Source of the DNA: Malacoraja senta
Lineage: Eukaryota
Assembly: GCA_038087875.1 (NCBI GenBank)
Contig: CM075988.1
Span: forward strand, 24,368,001-24,432,000
Direction: 5' to 3'
DNA: 64,000 nt
Shown here piece after piece: positions 36,387 through 49,331 of the stretch; position 1 is the stretch's first letter, and every line of letters begins with the position of its first letter. The notes under the pieces are model-generated. The model was not told the DNA's origin and did not search any database. It saw nothing but the letters and a program-made list of their open reading frames with translations. The position numbers and the translations under genes are program-made.

Positions 36387-36925
36387 TTTAGTTTAGTAAA
36401 GAGATATAACACGGAATCACGCTCTTCAGCGCACGGAGTTCACGTTGACCGGCGATCCTCGTCCGCCAACACCATTCTACACACACTCGGGACAATTTAC
36501 AATTTTTACTGGAACCAATTAACCTACAAACCTGTAGGAAGGAACTGCAGAGATGGTGGTTCAAACCGAAGGTAGACACAAAAACTGGAGTAACTCAGCG
36601 GGTCAGACAGCATCTCCGAAGCATCTCCGGACAAAAGGAATAGGTGACTTTTCAGGTCGAGACCCTCCAGTCTGAAGAAGGGTCTTGACCCGAAACAACA
36701 CCTTTTCCTTCTCTCCAGAGTTGCTGCCTGACCTGCTGTTACTCCAGCCTCTATCTATCTAACCTACAAACCTGCATGGATTTGGGAGGAAACCGGAGCA
36801 CCTGGAGAAAAACCACTTGGTCACGGGGAGAACATACAAACTCCGCTCAGACAGCACCCGTAGTCAGGACCAAACTGTGTCCCTGGTGCGGTGAGGCAGC
36901 AACTCTACCACTACGTCACCATGCT
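36387..36925 (-). mobile_element. V-SINE split by a PLE insertion (36535-36759)
   Basis: TAACCTACAAACCTG duplicated at 36520-36534 and 36760-36774. Confidence 0.85.
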
Positions 36926-37604
36926 GGTTGCATTGGGTGCCTTTTCTTGCGGTACAAATTCATTTGCTTCCAGTACTGGGTGCATTAGTATGCGTTTCTC
37001 ATGGATGGCAGCATGGCTGACACAATAACAAAAAGGGTGCAAAAATCAAGGCAGGAGGGGGAACGGGGAGTGGGGGGTCCAGTTGCGATCCAGTTGTCTC
37101 ATCTGCACCGCAGCGGTAAATTTTGCATTCATGAACCCCACTGAGTCTCAGGAAAGGTGTCCACATTGGAAGAGGTCACCTGCTCCAACCTCAATGCCAA
37201 TGACCAAGTCAAAGGGCTGCATCCCCAAGTGAGGGAAGGGTCCGTGGCACAACTACAAGAGGGCAGAGACAGCGTATGACACAGGGGCAGGTTGTTAATG
37301 CAAGTGATAACAGGCAGATTACAGACAGTTCAAAAGGAAAGATAAAAAGGAAATAAGGAAGGTACAGAGCATGAGAAATGATTGGCAGCAAACCTAAAAG
37401 GGAATCCAAAAATATTCTGAAGGCATGGAAACACAAAAAGGGTTTAAAGATCAGAGCTGGGGATGATTAGAGACTGTAAAGGAGATATATGCTTGGAGGC
37501 ACGAGGAAGGAGCATCTTGATTAAAAGGCTTTCTACAGCTTTCTACTAGTCCCACCTGCCTGAGTTTGGCCCATTTCGCTCTAACCCTGTCCTATTCATG
37601 TGTC

Positions 37605-37922
37605 TTTAGACTTTACTTTAGACTTTAGAGATACAGTGCGGAAACAGGCCCTTCGACCCACCGAGTCTGGTCCCACCGGTGATCACCCCATACACTAACA
37701 CTATCCTACACACAAGGGACAATTCACAACTTTACTTTAGCCAATTAACCTACAAACCTGTACGTCTTTGGAGTGTGGGAGGAAACCGGTGCACCTGGAG
37801 AAAACCCACATGGTTACAGGGAGAACGTACAAACTCCGTACAGACAGCACCCATAGTCAGGATCGAACCCGGGTCTCTGGCGCTGTAAGGCAGCAGCTCT
37901 ACTGCTACTCCACTGTGCGACC
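37605..37922 (-). mobile_element. V-SINE (HE1-like)
   Basis: Same consensus. Confidence 0.9.
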
Positions 37923-38232
37923 CTTGTACATGTCAAATGTTTCTTAAACTTTGCGATGGTACCTGCTTCAAATGCCTCAAACGACCTTCCAAGATCGGCA
38001 ATGTGCCAGTTACACGCCTAATGGTACACGGCCCCTTTTACTGCCAATCCCATTCATATTTCAGTTCCTATGAGTGCAGCCTAAGCAGTAAACTGACTGG
38101 TCGGTTTAATTTTGGTGGCAGAGACTGTTCTAGAAACAATAAAGAACCAAACAAGTAGTCACTTGGGCTAATGTGGACTGATTAGTTGTCACGTGTACTG
38201 GGGTACAGTGAAAAGCTTTTGTTGCGTGCTAA

Positions 38233-38492
38233 AGGGCATGTCCCACTTTCACGACCTAATTCACGACCTCTGCCGAGTTTGCCCTTGACTCATACTCGCA
38301 GCATGGTCGTCACGAGGTCGTAGGAGGTTGTAGGAGGTCGGAGGTAGGTCGTAGGTAGGTCGTAGCAGGCCGTGATGCAAGTCTTAGGTGCTCGTGGCAT
38401 CAAGTAGGTCGGGGCGTTTTTTCACAGCATGATGAAAAATGTCCACGAGTAAAAAAGGTCGTGGATTAGGTTGTGAAAGTGGGACAGGGCCT
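38233..38492. mobile_element. Harbinger-type MITE, family B
   Basis: TIR AGGGCATGTCCCACTTTCACGACCTAAT / ATTAGGTTGTGAAAGTGGGACAGGGCCT; TAA TSD. Confidence 0.8.
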
Positions 38493-39199
38493 TAACCAGT
38501 CGGCAGAAAGACAAAACATGATTACAATCGAGCCGTTTGCAGTGTTTCGAGAGATTTAAGAGTATGGAGCGATTGTAATATATGTTTGTGGATCTACTTT
38601 GGTAGCCAGCACGCAAATAGTCGTCCTGGTTGGGCCCCATCTTGGGAGCTAGATTATAGGAAATCAGTATAATAATGTCTCATGAACTTGAAAGAGTTTC
38701 TTAGGAAGGAAGAGGGAAGCAAATAATATCTGAAGCACATGGATCTGGGCAGGTGTTTGATCAAGCCTCCTTGCAGGCTGGTCATAAACTGCAGAGGCGA
38801 GGTTAAAGAAAAAGAACTGAATAACAGAAGGCAAAGAGGTGTGAAAGGTTGTTTTTAGGATTGGAAAGAAAGGTTAGCGCATTCTGCAGAGTATGGTATT
38901 CTGCAGAAGTCAGTAAATGGACCACCGTTTCAAAAAAATAACTGACAAGGTGAAGGCGTTGTTAGCTGTGATGATAATTGTGATGTAGCTGGGCTAAAGT
39001 AATCGGTGAGTCCGTGGTGAGGAATTTTAATGGTGAGAAACGTGGTGTTCAATTTAAGATAAGAGGCAATATAAACTTGAGGGTTTCTTAGAAACATGGG
39101 CACAAGAATGGAGATATCTTGGAGTGTATGTGCATTGGTTATTGAAATTGACTAGCAGGTTAAGTAAGGGGTTTAACAGATGCAAAGGATCCTGGTGTT

Positions 39200-39710
39200 T
39201 ATATGTTCATAAGTGATAGGAATAGAATTAGGCCATTCGGCCCATCAAGTCTACTCCACCATTCAATCATGGCTGATCTATCTCTCCCTCCTAACCCTGC
39301 CTTCTCCCTAAAACCTCTGACACCTGTACTAACCAAGAATCTATCTGTGTCTACCTTAAAAATATCCAATGACTTGGCCTCCACAGCCTTCTGTGGCAAA
39401 GAGTTCCACAGATTCACCACCCTCTGACTAAAGACATTTCTCCTCATCTCCTCCCTGAAAGAATGTCTGAGGGTATGACCTCTATTCCTAGACTTTCCCA
39501 CCAGTGGAAAAATCCTCTCCACATCCACTCTATCCAAGCCTTTCACTATTCTGCATGTTTCAATGAGGTCCCTCCTCATTCTACTAAACTCCAGCGAGTA
39601 CAGGCCCCAGTGCTGAGAAAGGCTCATCATAGGTTAACCTACTCATTCCTGGGATCATTCTTGTAAACCTCCTCTGGACGCTCTCCACAGCCAACACATC
39701 CTTCCAAAGT
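39200..39710 (-). mobile_element. CR1 LINE 3' fragment
   Basis: GLYSLEFSRMRRDLIETCRIVKGLDRVDVERIFPLVG...SQRVVNLWNSLPQ. Confidence 0.9.
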
Positions 39711-41371
39711 GCGTTGTTTTATTGAAACTGACAAGGCAGGTTGAGCAAGGGGTTTTAACAGACTCACAGGATCCTGGAGTTTATATTTAGGAGAACAGAA
39801 TACAAAAGCAAGAGAGTCATGGTGAATCCAGGTGGGATAATGGGCCTTTATGGCAAAGATAAGCCTCGATATTGTTAACAACATTGGAAATGGCGGCTAA
39901 AACATGGTGACTCTTGTGTCCGGTCTCAGTATAATCTAGCATTCTTGGATTCTTGTACTTCAGTATGATTGATTATGTATAGTAAGATTATTTACTGAAC
40001 TGCATGCAAAAAGGAATGTCACTGTACCGAGGCACACGTGACAATAAAGGACCATTGTATCTCTATAGAACTCTATTTGGCCACATCTGGAGTATTGCAT
40101 CCTGTCAGGAAGGATGTAAAGATGTGCAGGTTTTCTAGGTTAAGTGGCTTCTGTAAATTGTCCCTATTCCATAGGATAGAACTAATGTACGGGGTGGTCA
40201 TTGGTTGGCACGGACTCGGTGGGCCGAAGGGACTGTTTCCACGCTGTATCTCTCAATTAAATGAAACTAAACTAAGCTCAATGAACTGAGCAGGGAGCAT
40301 AAAGTTGGCACAATGCCAATTTCTTGTGAAGATTTGAAGCACCTTGTCATGTTTACGGTATTGAAGGTATTGTTGTGTTTGCATTGCAAGCAATGAGCGA
40401 GCGCTGGTTATTTGTGCATCCCATGTCCATACTCAGCAACCACCGGGCTTGTCAAGCATCATGCGTGTGCAATTTGATCGATTCATTCATTTTAATTAAA
40501 GTTACAAATATTCTGGGCTTGCACATGTTAAACACATTATCCTCTAGAGATGAAAGGAGTTCATTTCAAGTTACTGATGATTAATTGATGAGTAGGTATT
40601 AAGAAGTTCAGAACTGCAAGTTGAATCAAGCCGTACAATGAGACATGATTTACAAGTGTTTTATATGAATCAAGAGTTTTTACCTTGTGGAATATTTGTC
40701 ACTTTTATGGCAAGATATATTTTCATAGTTTATTGTACCTTTGACATGCGCCTTCATTGTTTATAGATCTGATATCAAAGGAATATTTTTTGTGAGAAAG
40801 AGTCCCTTTCTACACCACTTAGATCTGAAATGGCATAGTGAATAAGGAGGTTGGATCCTGTGAATCAATACTGAAATCTTCTCTGGAAAGGTAATCAAGG
40901 TGATGTTTCTGGCTCAGTAATCTCAGACAGTGGCCAATGATCTCAGCAGCATGAGAATTGAAATTACATCCTGGGCCACTGGAGAATCTGGATGCGGCTT
41001 TGAAAAAAAGCCAATAATAAAAGACGGCATCAAACAACAGTGAAAGCGCTTGGATTGTGATAGAGTGACGTCTGCTCAGGAAGGGAACCTGTTGACCTTA
41101 CCCTGTCCAGTATCATATGATTGTGATCTATTCTCAGTCGAAATGGATGTATCAAAAAGCAACAGACAACTCAGCTGTAGTGCTGGAAACCCATTCTAAA
41201 GCGCAGGTCTAAACTGTTCTCTTAGTTACAACATGAAAGTTTCCCAGTAACGTGCAAACAGTCCCGGTACATATTGGCCATGAGAAAAAAAAGCAGGAAA
41301 AATATGCTTTCAGCAGCTGTCATTCAGGTAACTCTTGCATGTATTCAAGAGAGAGTTGGATATAGCTCTTA

Positions 41372-41592
41372 AGGGCCTGTTCCACGGGCGTCATTTGCGG
41401 GTCACGCAGGTGGCGCGCGAAGGTTTTGTGAATCCTAAAATCCTGGGGCGCCTCGCGCGACCGAGCGTTACTGCCTACGCCACCACGCCTCACCATGCGC
41501 CATGCAGCGTAATGCATGCCATGCTCGCATCACGTGCATTAAATGATGTCGCTTAAATGACGCGCAAATGACGGCCAACTGGGACAGGCCCT
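41372..41592. mobile_element. Harbinger-type MITE inserted in a CR1 3' end
   Basis: AGGGCCTGTTCCA...TGGGACAGGCCCT; TTA TSD; removal restores the CR1 sequence GCTCTTAGGG. Confidence 0.85.
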
Positions 41593-43209
41593 TTAGGGTT
41601 AACTGAATCAAGGAATATGGGGAGAAAGCAGGAACGGGATACTGATTCTGGATGATCAGCCATGATCATATTGAATTGCGGTGCTGGCTCAAAGGGCTGA
41701 ATGGCCTACTCCTGCACCTATTGTCTATGTTTCAATGTTTTGATGATGAATTAAATAACAAAGATGACAATGGTGCAAGGCAAAATAGGGTGCTGGAAAT
41801 ATGAAATAAAAATAGAAAGTGATGGAAAGTGATGCTAAAGCATGTTACTCCTACCGTAGAGACTGGCAGCACATGTTGGGTTGCCATAATAAGAATGGTG
41901 TGGTAGTAGGTGGAGCTTGTAATAATAAAGCACCACATTGGTTAGTAAGTAAAGTAACCAATCTGCATTGTCCCTTTGAGTTACTCCGGCATTTTGTGTC
42001 TATCCGGTGTAATCCAGCATCTGCAGTTCCTTCCTACACATTCCTATTGGAGAAACTCAATGGGTCAGGCAGCATTTGGAAATGGACAGATTGACAATTT
42101 TGGGTGCTGAATTGAAAAATCTGAAGAAGGGTGTCAACTTAAAGCGTCCATTTCCCTGCACTGATGCTGCCTGACCTGCTGAGTTTGGAATTCTGGTGGA
42201 ATTCTAGTGTGTGGAATTCTCTGCCTCAGAGGGCGGTGGAGGCAGGTTCTCTGGATGCTTTCAAGAGAGAGCTGGATAGGGCTCTTAAAGAGAGTGGAGT
42301 CAGGGGATATGGGGAGAAGGCAGGAACGGGGTACTGATTGGGGATGATCAGCCATGATCACATTGAATGGCGGTGCTGGCTCGAAGGGCCGAATGGCCTA
42401 CTCCTGTACCTATTGTCTATTGTCTATATTGTCTATTGAGTTCCTCCAGCAGTATGTTTTGGATCGCATTACCTTTCTGACTGCAGCCCCGAATATCGTC
42501 TTGCAACTCTTTAAAGCCCAAAAACCTGCCAGTCGCTCAACAAGGACATTTTCCACTTAGAAAGAGTAATGGCTATAGTTGTTTCTTTCTTTTTTGTGTC
42601 AGTCGTTGATATTTAATCATAGTGATTAGGCGCTCAACGGCCAAATTCTCAATCCTTCATTGTCTGGAGATGTTCTTGTTTTTAATGCATCCAATCATGC
42701 ACTCTGTCAAAGTCTGCCATCGTTTCTGTTCAAAACAACTTGCAGCAGCACTGAGAATCGTGGAAACACACTGCTGATCTGGCAGCATCCGTGGCAAGAG
42801 AAACTTAATGATTCAGTTTGGTGATCGATTGTCAGAATTAGGGAAGTGAGAAAATGAGTTAGACACAAAATGCTGGAGTAACTCAGCGGGACAGGCAGCA
42901 TCTCTGGATAGAAGGAATGGGTGACGTTTCGGGTCGAGACCCTTCTTCTTCAATAGACAATAGGTGCAGGAGTAGGCCATTCGGCCCTTTGAGCCAGCAC
43001 CGCCATTCAATGTGATCATGGCTGATCATCCACAATCAGTACCCCCGTTCCTGCCTTCTCCCCATATCCCTTGACTCCGCTATCTTTAAGAGCTCCACCT
43101 AACTCGATAGAGCTCTTGGAGATTTACATATTCTGTTGTGCTGCTTTCATTGTTCTATCTGGGACAATAAAACACTCTTGATACTCTCCTAACACTCTAA
43201 CCTTATTGA

Positions 43210-43825
43210 TTTCTCTAACAGTGGTATGAATATGATTTCTCTAACTTCATGTAGCCCCGGCATTCCCTCTCTCTCCATCCCTCCCCCACCCAGATCGCAC
43301 TAGCTTCTTCTTTTTCACCCAACAAACAGCTAGCAATGGCCTGTTTCCTTTATCATCGTTACTTTTTTGCATATCTTTCATTCATTGTTCTTTATCTCTC
43401 CACATCACTATCTATATCTCTCATTTCCCTTATCCCTAACAAATCTGAAGAAGGGTCTCGACCCCATTCCTAATCCAACCTTTCTGTCCTGGGCCTCCTC
43501 CATGGCCAGAGTGAGGACCACTGTAAATTGGAGGAGCAGCTTGGGCAGTCTGCACCCCAGCGGTATGAACATTGCCTTCTCTAATTTCAGGTAGTCCCTA
43601 CTTTCTCCTCCCCTTCTCAGCTCTCCCTCAGCCCACTGTCTCCGCCTCTTCCTTTCTTCTTCCCGCCCCCACCCCCCCCACCCACCCTCACATCAGTCTG
43701 AAGAAGAGTCCCGACCCGAAACGTTACCTATTTCCTTCGCTCCATAGATGCTGCCTCACCCGCTGAGTTTCTCCAGCATTTTTGTCTACCTTCGATTTTC
43801 CAGCATCTGCAGTTCCTTCTTACAC
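43210..43825 (+). mobile_element. Two tandem Penelope-like 3' ends
   Basis: Two GIY-YIG-end/terminal-repeat units (GGTATGAA(T/C)AT...TTCTCTAA), each followed by CTGAAGAAG(G/A)GTC. Confidence 0.75.
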
Positions 43826-43979
43826 GGTTTTCTCTTTTTCCTGGTTCTGAGGAAGGACTTTGACTTGACAAGCGTGCACTGCTTTGCTTTTCACAAGTTT
43901 CTTGCTGACGGTTTGGACGAGGTTGGAGACTGCGGGGAGGATGTGCAAGACACTTATAGTGCCACAGCTTAAGAGACGA

Positions 43980-44370
43980 CTATTTAACTGGGGAAGATAA
44001 TGGAAATCTTAGTCATCAGGGAATGCATTGTCTGGGAAACAGACAGTATTGTCTGCGACACAAAGATATATTGCGTGCCTGGTGCCAAGGTTAAACACAT
44101 CTTTTCTGTGCTGGAGACCGATTTGGAGTGGGAGGGGAAAGTTGCAGTTATCATGGTCCATGTACTCGCGAATAACTTGGTAGGACTAGCAAGGAGGTTT
44201 AACTGAGAGATGATGAGCAGCTGAGGGTAAAATTAAAAAAGAGAGCTACAAGAGTTATTCCATATCATTAGCTGAGCAATATTCATACTGGCTGATGGTA
44301 AATTAGATGAGAGAAGCAAATGTGCATCTCAAAGGCTGGTGTGGGTGAAATGAGGCATCTGAACAGGGGA
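43980..44370 (+). mobile_element. Old CR1 LINE ORF1 remnant (SGNH esterase-like)
   Basis: CVPGAKVKHI..LETDLEWEGKVAVIMVHV resembles CR1 ORF1 esterase CLPGARV...VVVHVGTND. Confidence 0.65.
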
Positions 44371-44385
44371 AAGAGAGAGCTGATC

Positions 44386-44703
44386 TTTAGACTTTAGAGA
44401 GATACTGTGATACAAAGAAACGGAGAGATACAGCCGTGGAAACAGGCCCTTCGGCCCATCGAGTCCGTGCCGACCAGCGATCACCCCGTCCATACTAGGG
44501 ACAATTTACAATTTTTTCAAAGCCAATTAGTCTACAAGTTTGTATGTCTTTCGAGTGTGGCAGGAAACCGGAGCACCCGTAGAAAACCCCATGCAGCCAG
44601 AGGGAGAATGTACAAACTCTGTACAGACAGCACTCCTAGTCAGGATCGAACTTGGGTCCCTGACGCTGTAAGGCAGCAACTCTACCACTGCACCACTATG
44701 CTG
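44386..44703 (-). mobile_element. V-SINE (HE1-like)
   Basis: Same consensus. Confidence 0.85.
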
Positions 44704-44865
44704 GGATGGGCTTGGTTTGAACCATGCTGGAGCTAGGGTCCAGGCGAATTGTGTAACAAGATATTATAATCACGGCTTTTAACTAATTAGAAGGAGGGAG
44801 TACTTTACTGGGAAGTTTAATAAATCAAACATAGTGAGAGAGCAGTGGGGTAAGGTAGTGAAGGG

Positions 44866-46352
44866 CAGGGCCGGCCTTAAGCCGATTGCACCAATTGCTC
44901 CCAAATGGGCCCCGTGCCTATGGGGGCCCCGCACTAGAGTAATCTACTCTTGGCTCGGGTATATCTACCCCGGGTGGAGGGGGAACAAAGGGGTAGACTG
45001 GGAAGGGGGTGTGAGGGTAGAATGGAGAAGGGGGAGAGGGGGAATGGGTCGTTCCCATACGGTCCCGGGGCAGCGCTCCTGCCCCTCCAGTCACCGTGCT
45101 TCACGCACACAGCCCCAGCTCCACCCCTCTCTCTCTCTCCCCGGGGGAACGCGGTGAACAACACAGGAAGGGCCGGGCCAGAGGTTGGAGCAACGTTTAC
45201 AAACCTCGGCCTCAGTTCACACCCGTCCGCCTGGACCCCGGCATCCGCTCCCACCGCCGGCTCTCTCCCTCCCTTCTCTCCTTCCCTTCCCTCCCTCCCT
45301 TCCTTTCCCTTCTTCCCTCCCTCCCTCTCTCCTTCCCTCCCTCCTTCCTCTCTCTCTTTTCCCTTCTCTCCTTCCCTCCCACACACACATCACGCACAGA
45401 CAACCAACACACACACATAACGCACAGACAATTAACACACACACAGCTAACACACACACACAACTTAGTTAGGATGGGGTAGAAGTCCAAAGGGTAGGAT
45501 GAGGCTGAAGCCCAAAATCTAATGCCTGGACTGGTTTTTCACCAATGGTTATTGGTTTTCCAGGATCTATTTAATTAAATTACTTTTTGTTTTCATTTCA
45601 CAGTCACTAAAACAAGTGATATTGTAACTATGTACTTTTCAGAGGCGATCTACACATTTTGTTTGTTATTTGTAGGCTTACATGTATGCAATTTTATATT
45701 AAAATGTAGCTTAATCTATTTGGTCATACCGCACATCTTGAGGAAATGCGATTCCGCCTAATAGATAAATTTGACCAATTCACAACGAGTTGGTCTCCAT
45801 TTGTCGTCTTTTTGGAAACATATGGTGCAACACAATTGTAAAAGTTAACTCGTGACTGGGCGAGGGATGGTCAAGATTACAAATAAGATCTCCTTACTTC
45901 TTTTTTTCTTTCTCTTTCTTTTTCTTCTTTTATTTTCTTTTTTCTATTTTCTATTTCTTAACTTTCTTCTTTCACTATTTTCCTTTTTCACACACTACAT
46001 ATCTCACATTTTTCTATTTTTCATTATCTAACTTCTTTTTCTTTTTCTCCTTTATTATAAAAATAAGAAGCTGTACATAATATGCGTTATGAAAATATGA
46101 TTGTATACAATTGTACTTACTTCTAATAAAAAAATAAAAAATAAAAAATAAAAAATAAAGATCTATTTGGTCCATTAACTCACAGGCACTGTTTAAGCGC
46201 ACATTTTGATTACTTTCCATTCTACCATAGAGATATAAAGTCTATAATAGACTTTATTTATATTTCTATGATTCTACAGACCTTGGCTGGGAACCTGGGG
46301 CTCACCAAAATTGTTCCCAATTGGGCCACGCACCTCCTAAGGCCGGCCCTTG
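44866..46352. mobile_element. hAT-type non-autonomous DNA transposon
   Basis: TIR CAGGGCCGGCCTTA / TAAGGCCGGCCCTTG; 8-bp TSD GTGAAGGG at 44858-44865 and 46353-46360. Confidence 0.88.
45726..46160 (+). mobile_element. 5'-truncated L1-clade LINE nested in the hAT element
   Basis: TAHLEEMRFRLIDKFDQFTTSWSPFVVFLETYGATQL* resembles the fish-type L1 ORF2 end; T-rich 3' UTR, AATAAA and A-rich tail; TSD ATCTATTTGGTC at 45714-45725 and 46161-46172. Confidence 0.8.
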
Positions 46353-46364
46353 GTGAAGGGTCTG

Positions 46365-46663
46365 TAGACTTTAGACTTTAGAGATACCATGTGGAAACAG
46401 GCCCTTTGGACCCCCCGAGTCTGTGCCAACCAACGATCTACACATACACCAGCACTATCCTACACACTAGGGACAATTTAGAATTTTACCAAAGCCAATT
46501 AGTCTACAGACCTGCACGTCTTTGGAGCTTGGGAGGAAACTGGAGCACCCGGAGAAAACCCATGCGGTCACGGGGAGAGCGTGCAAACTCCTGACAGACA
46601 GCACACCCGTCGTCAGGATCGAACCTGGGTCTCTGGCGCTGTGAGGCAGCAATTCTACCGTGC
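46365..46663 (-). mobile_element. V-SINE (HE1-like)
   Basis: Same consensus. Confidence 0.85.
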
Positions 46664-46729
46664 AGTGAAAATCAAAAACGGCACGGAAAGGGGCAGAAAA
46701 TAGAAGCAAGAGTGCAGCAGAAACTAGAG

Positions 46730-47230
46730 TCAGAGTAAGTAAAGATTTAAATAGCTGAAGGCTCTTTATCTGAATGCGAGCAGCTCTTGAAACAAAATAG
46801 ATGAGCTGACGGCACAAATAGAAATAAATGAATTTAATTTACTAGCTGTTACAGAGACATGTTTACAGGGTGAGCTAGACCGGGAACTCAATATTCCAGG
46901 TTATTTGATGTTCCAAGAGAATAGGGCGAAGGAAAGAGGTGACTAGGAAGATATCATCGCGGTGGTGAGCAGCGATATAGACAGAGTGAATCGTGAATCA
47001 ATTTGGGTGGGAATAAGGACGAGCAATGGAAAGACAAGAGTGGGACTGATTTATTAGCCTTTGAAAGTACTGCCTCGCAACAAGAGAAAGCATGAATGGG
47101 GAAATATAGAAGGATTGTAAAAAGGGAACTGCACTTAAAATGGATGATTTTAATCTGACTATTGATTGAACTAATCAAATTAGGAAGAGTACTGTGGCAG
47201 ACGCATTCATGAAGTATATCCAGGATGGCA
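46730..47230 (+). mobile_element. Old CR1 LINE ORF2 remnant, APE endonuclease N-terminus
   Basis: LKALYLNASSS*NKIDELTAQIEINEFNLLAVTETCL...LNIPGY. Confidence 0.7.
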
Positions 47231-47231
47231 G

Positions 47232-47680
47232 GTGTGGTCACATTTGGAGCATTGCATTCACTTTCGGTCACCTTGCTCTTGGAAGGATGTTGTTAAGCTG
47301 GAAAGAGTGTGGAGAAGATTGTTGAGTATGTTGCCAGGGCTTGAGGGTCTGAGCTATAGGGGAAGGTTGGGCAGGCCGGGACTTTATTTCTTTGAGCGTA
47401 GGAGGATAAGGGGTGATTTTATAGAGGTGTACAAGATCATGATGGATATAGATATGATGAAAGCACAGTCTTGTACCCAGAGTAGGGGAGTCAATAACCA
47501 AAGGACATAGGTTTAAGGCGAGTGGGGAAAGATTTAATAGGAATCTGAAGGGCAATTTTCTCACACAGAGGTTGATAGGTATATGGAACGAGATGCCAGA
47601 GGGAGTAGTTTGGGCAGGTACGATAACAACATTTAAAAGACATTTGGACAGGTTCATGGATAGGAAAGGTTTAGAAGGAT
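47232..47680 (+). mobile_element. CR1 LINE 3' fragment
   Basis: HLEHCIHF.SP...KDVVKLERV.RR...MLPGLEGLSYRGRL..LYFFERRRIRGDFIEVYKIM. Confidence 0.85.
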
Positions 47681-47681
47681 C

Positions 47682-47960
47682 GGGCGGTCACGGTGGCGCA
47701 GCGGTAGAGTTGCTGCCTTACAGCGAATGCAGCCCTGGAGACCCAGGTTCGATCCAGCCTTTGGGTGCTGTCTGTACGGAGTTTGTACGTTCTCCCTGTG
47801 ACCTGCGTGGGTCTCCTCAGAGATCTTCAGTTTCCTCCCACACTCCAAAGATGTACAGGTTTGTAGGTTAATTGGCTTGGTAAATGTAAAAATTGTCCCT
47901 AGTCGGATAGTGTTAATGTGCGGGGATCACTGGGGGCCTGTTTCCGCGCTGTATCTCGAA
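47682..47960 (+). mobile_element. V-SINE (HE1-like)
   Basis: GGGCGGTCACGGTGGCGCAGCGGTAGAG head, GGTTCGATCC B box. Confidence 0.9.
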
Positions 47961-47964
47961 AAAA

Positions 47965-48690
47965 GTGCCATATAAAAAGCTGGTATTACAGTAAGGATGT
48001 TAGTGTGGATTAATGACTGGATACTGCAGGGAAGACAGGAAGTTTAAATAAGTGGGTGCCCTTCAGACTGGAAAAGTGTAATGAATGGTGTGCCCCAAGG
48101 ATTAGTCATTGTTCCTCAAATATCTATAATCTATATAAAGAAGTTGGAGAAAGGACCAGAGTGTAAGGTATCCAGATTTGCTGATGACACAAAAACTGGA
48201 CCCTGTAACAGGATATAGATATTTTCAGAGACTGCCACAAACTTGGCAAGTGGATTTTAGGTGGAATTGCGTGAGTCATACAATTCAGTAAGATGAATCA
48301 AAAAGGAAATTATTATTTACATGAGGTGGAGTACAAAGGGATCAAGATGTTTGTGTCAAGACACGAAACACAAAGTCAGCGAGTGGGCGCCGCAAGTCTT
48401 GAAGTGGGCAAATGGTAAACGGCCATTAATTCCCAGCAGTTGACATTTTAAAACAGAGAGAAGCTGCCACAGAGTGTGTTAGTAAAACGGCAACTGGAAT
48501 ACAGTCTGCGGCTGCCCCCATTTATTTACGAAAGGATTTAATTAGTTTGGAGGCAGTGCAGAAGGGATTCGTGAGGCTAATTCCCGCGGATGGGAGAGTC
48601 CTATCATGAACAGCTAAACATATAGGCCCAGTATTCTTTGGAGTTCATTGAAATAATGGGTAATCCTATTGAAACATTTCAGATCCCGAG
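47965..48690 (+). mobile_element. Old CR1 LINE ORF2 remnant, RT region
   Basis: GGTGTGCCCCAAGGA (GVPQG), TTTGCTGATGACACAAAA (FADDTK), then LEAVQKGFVRLIP. Confidence 0.75.
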
Positions 48691-49011
48691 GGTACAACAA
48701 CAGCAGTGGAGGACACCACGGCTACGCTTGGCCAGGCCGACCCTGCAACTCCGCCAGGACAACACACCTTCATGGTCAGGTCAAGAACCTTGTACTTGTA
48801 ACAACTGAGACTTGAACATGGCATCAAAATGGCGAGTCTGTATACAGTGTCTACTATACACTTGTACTGTATCTGAGATGCTTATCTACGATGTATCTTA
48901 GTGCTTTTTTGTACAGGCATACGTACTGGACTATATTCAAAAATGAATTTCACTGTACCTCGGTACACGCGAAAAATAAAGTCCCAATGACAATAGCAAT
49001 ACCTATCTTCA

Positions 49012-49331
49012 CAACGGTCATGGTGGCACAGCGGTAGAGTTGCTGCCTTACAGCAAATGCAGCGCCGGAGACCCGGGTGCGATCCCGACTACGGGTGATG
49101 TCTGTACGGAGTTTGTACGTTCCCCCTGCGTGGGTTTTCTCCGAGATCTTCGGTTTCCTCCCACACTCCAAAGACGTACAGATTTACTGGTCAATTGGCT
49201 TGGTAAATGTAAAAAAATTGTCCCTGGTGTGTGTAGGATAGTGTTAATGTGCGGGGATCGCTGGTCGACGCGGACCCGGTGGGCCGAAGGGCCTGTTTTT
49301 GCGCTGTATCTCTAAACAAAACTAAACTAAA
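49012..49331 (+). mobile_element. V-SINE (HE1-like)
   Basis: Same consensus. Confidence 0.9.

Noticed and set aside
47682..47760. tRNA-like sequence with A and B boxes
   Set aside because: Head of a V-SINE, continuous with the V-domain and LINE-derived tail; the same holds for all copies.
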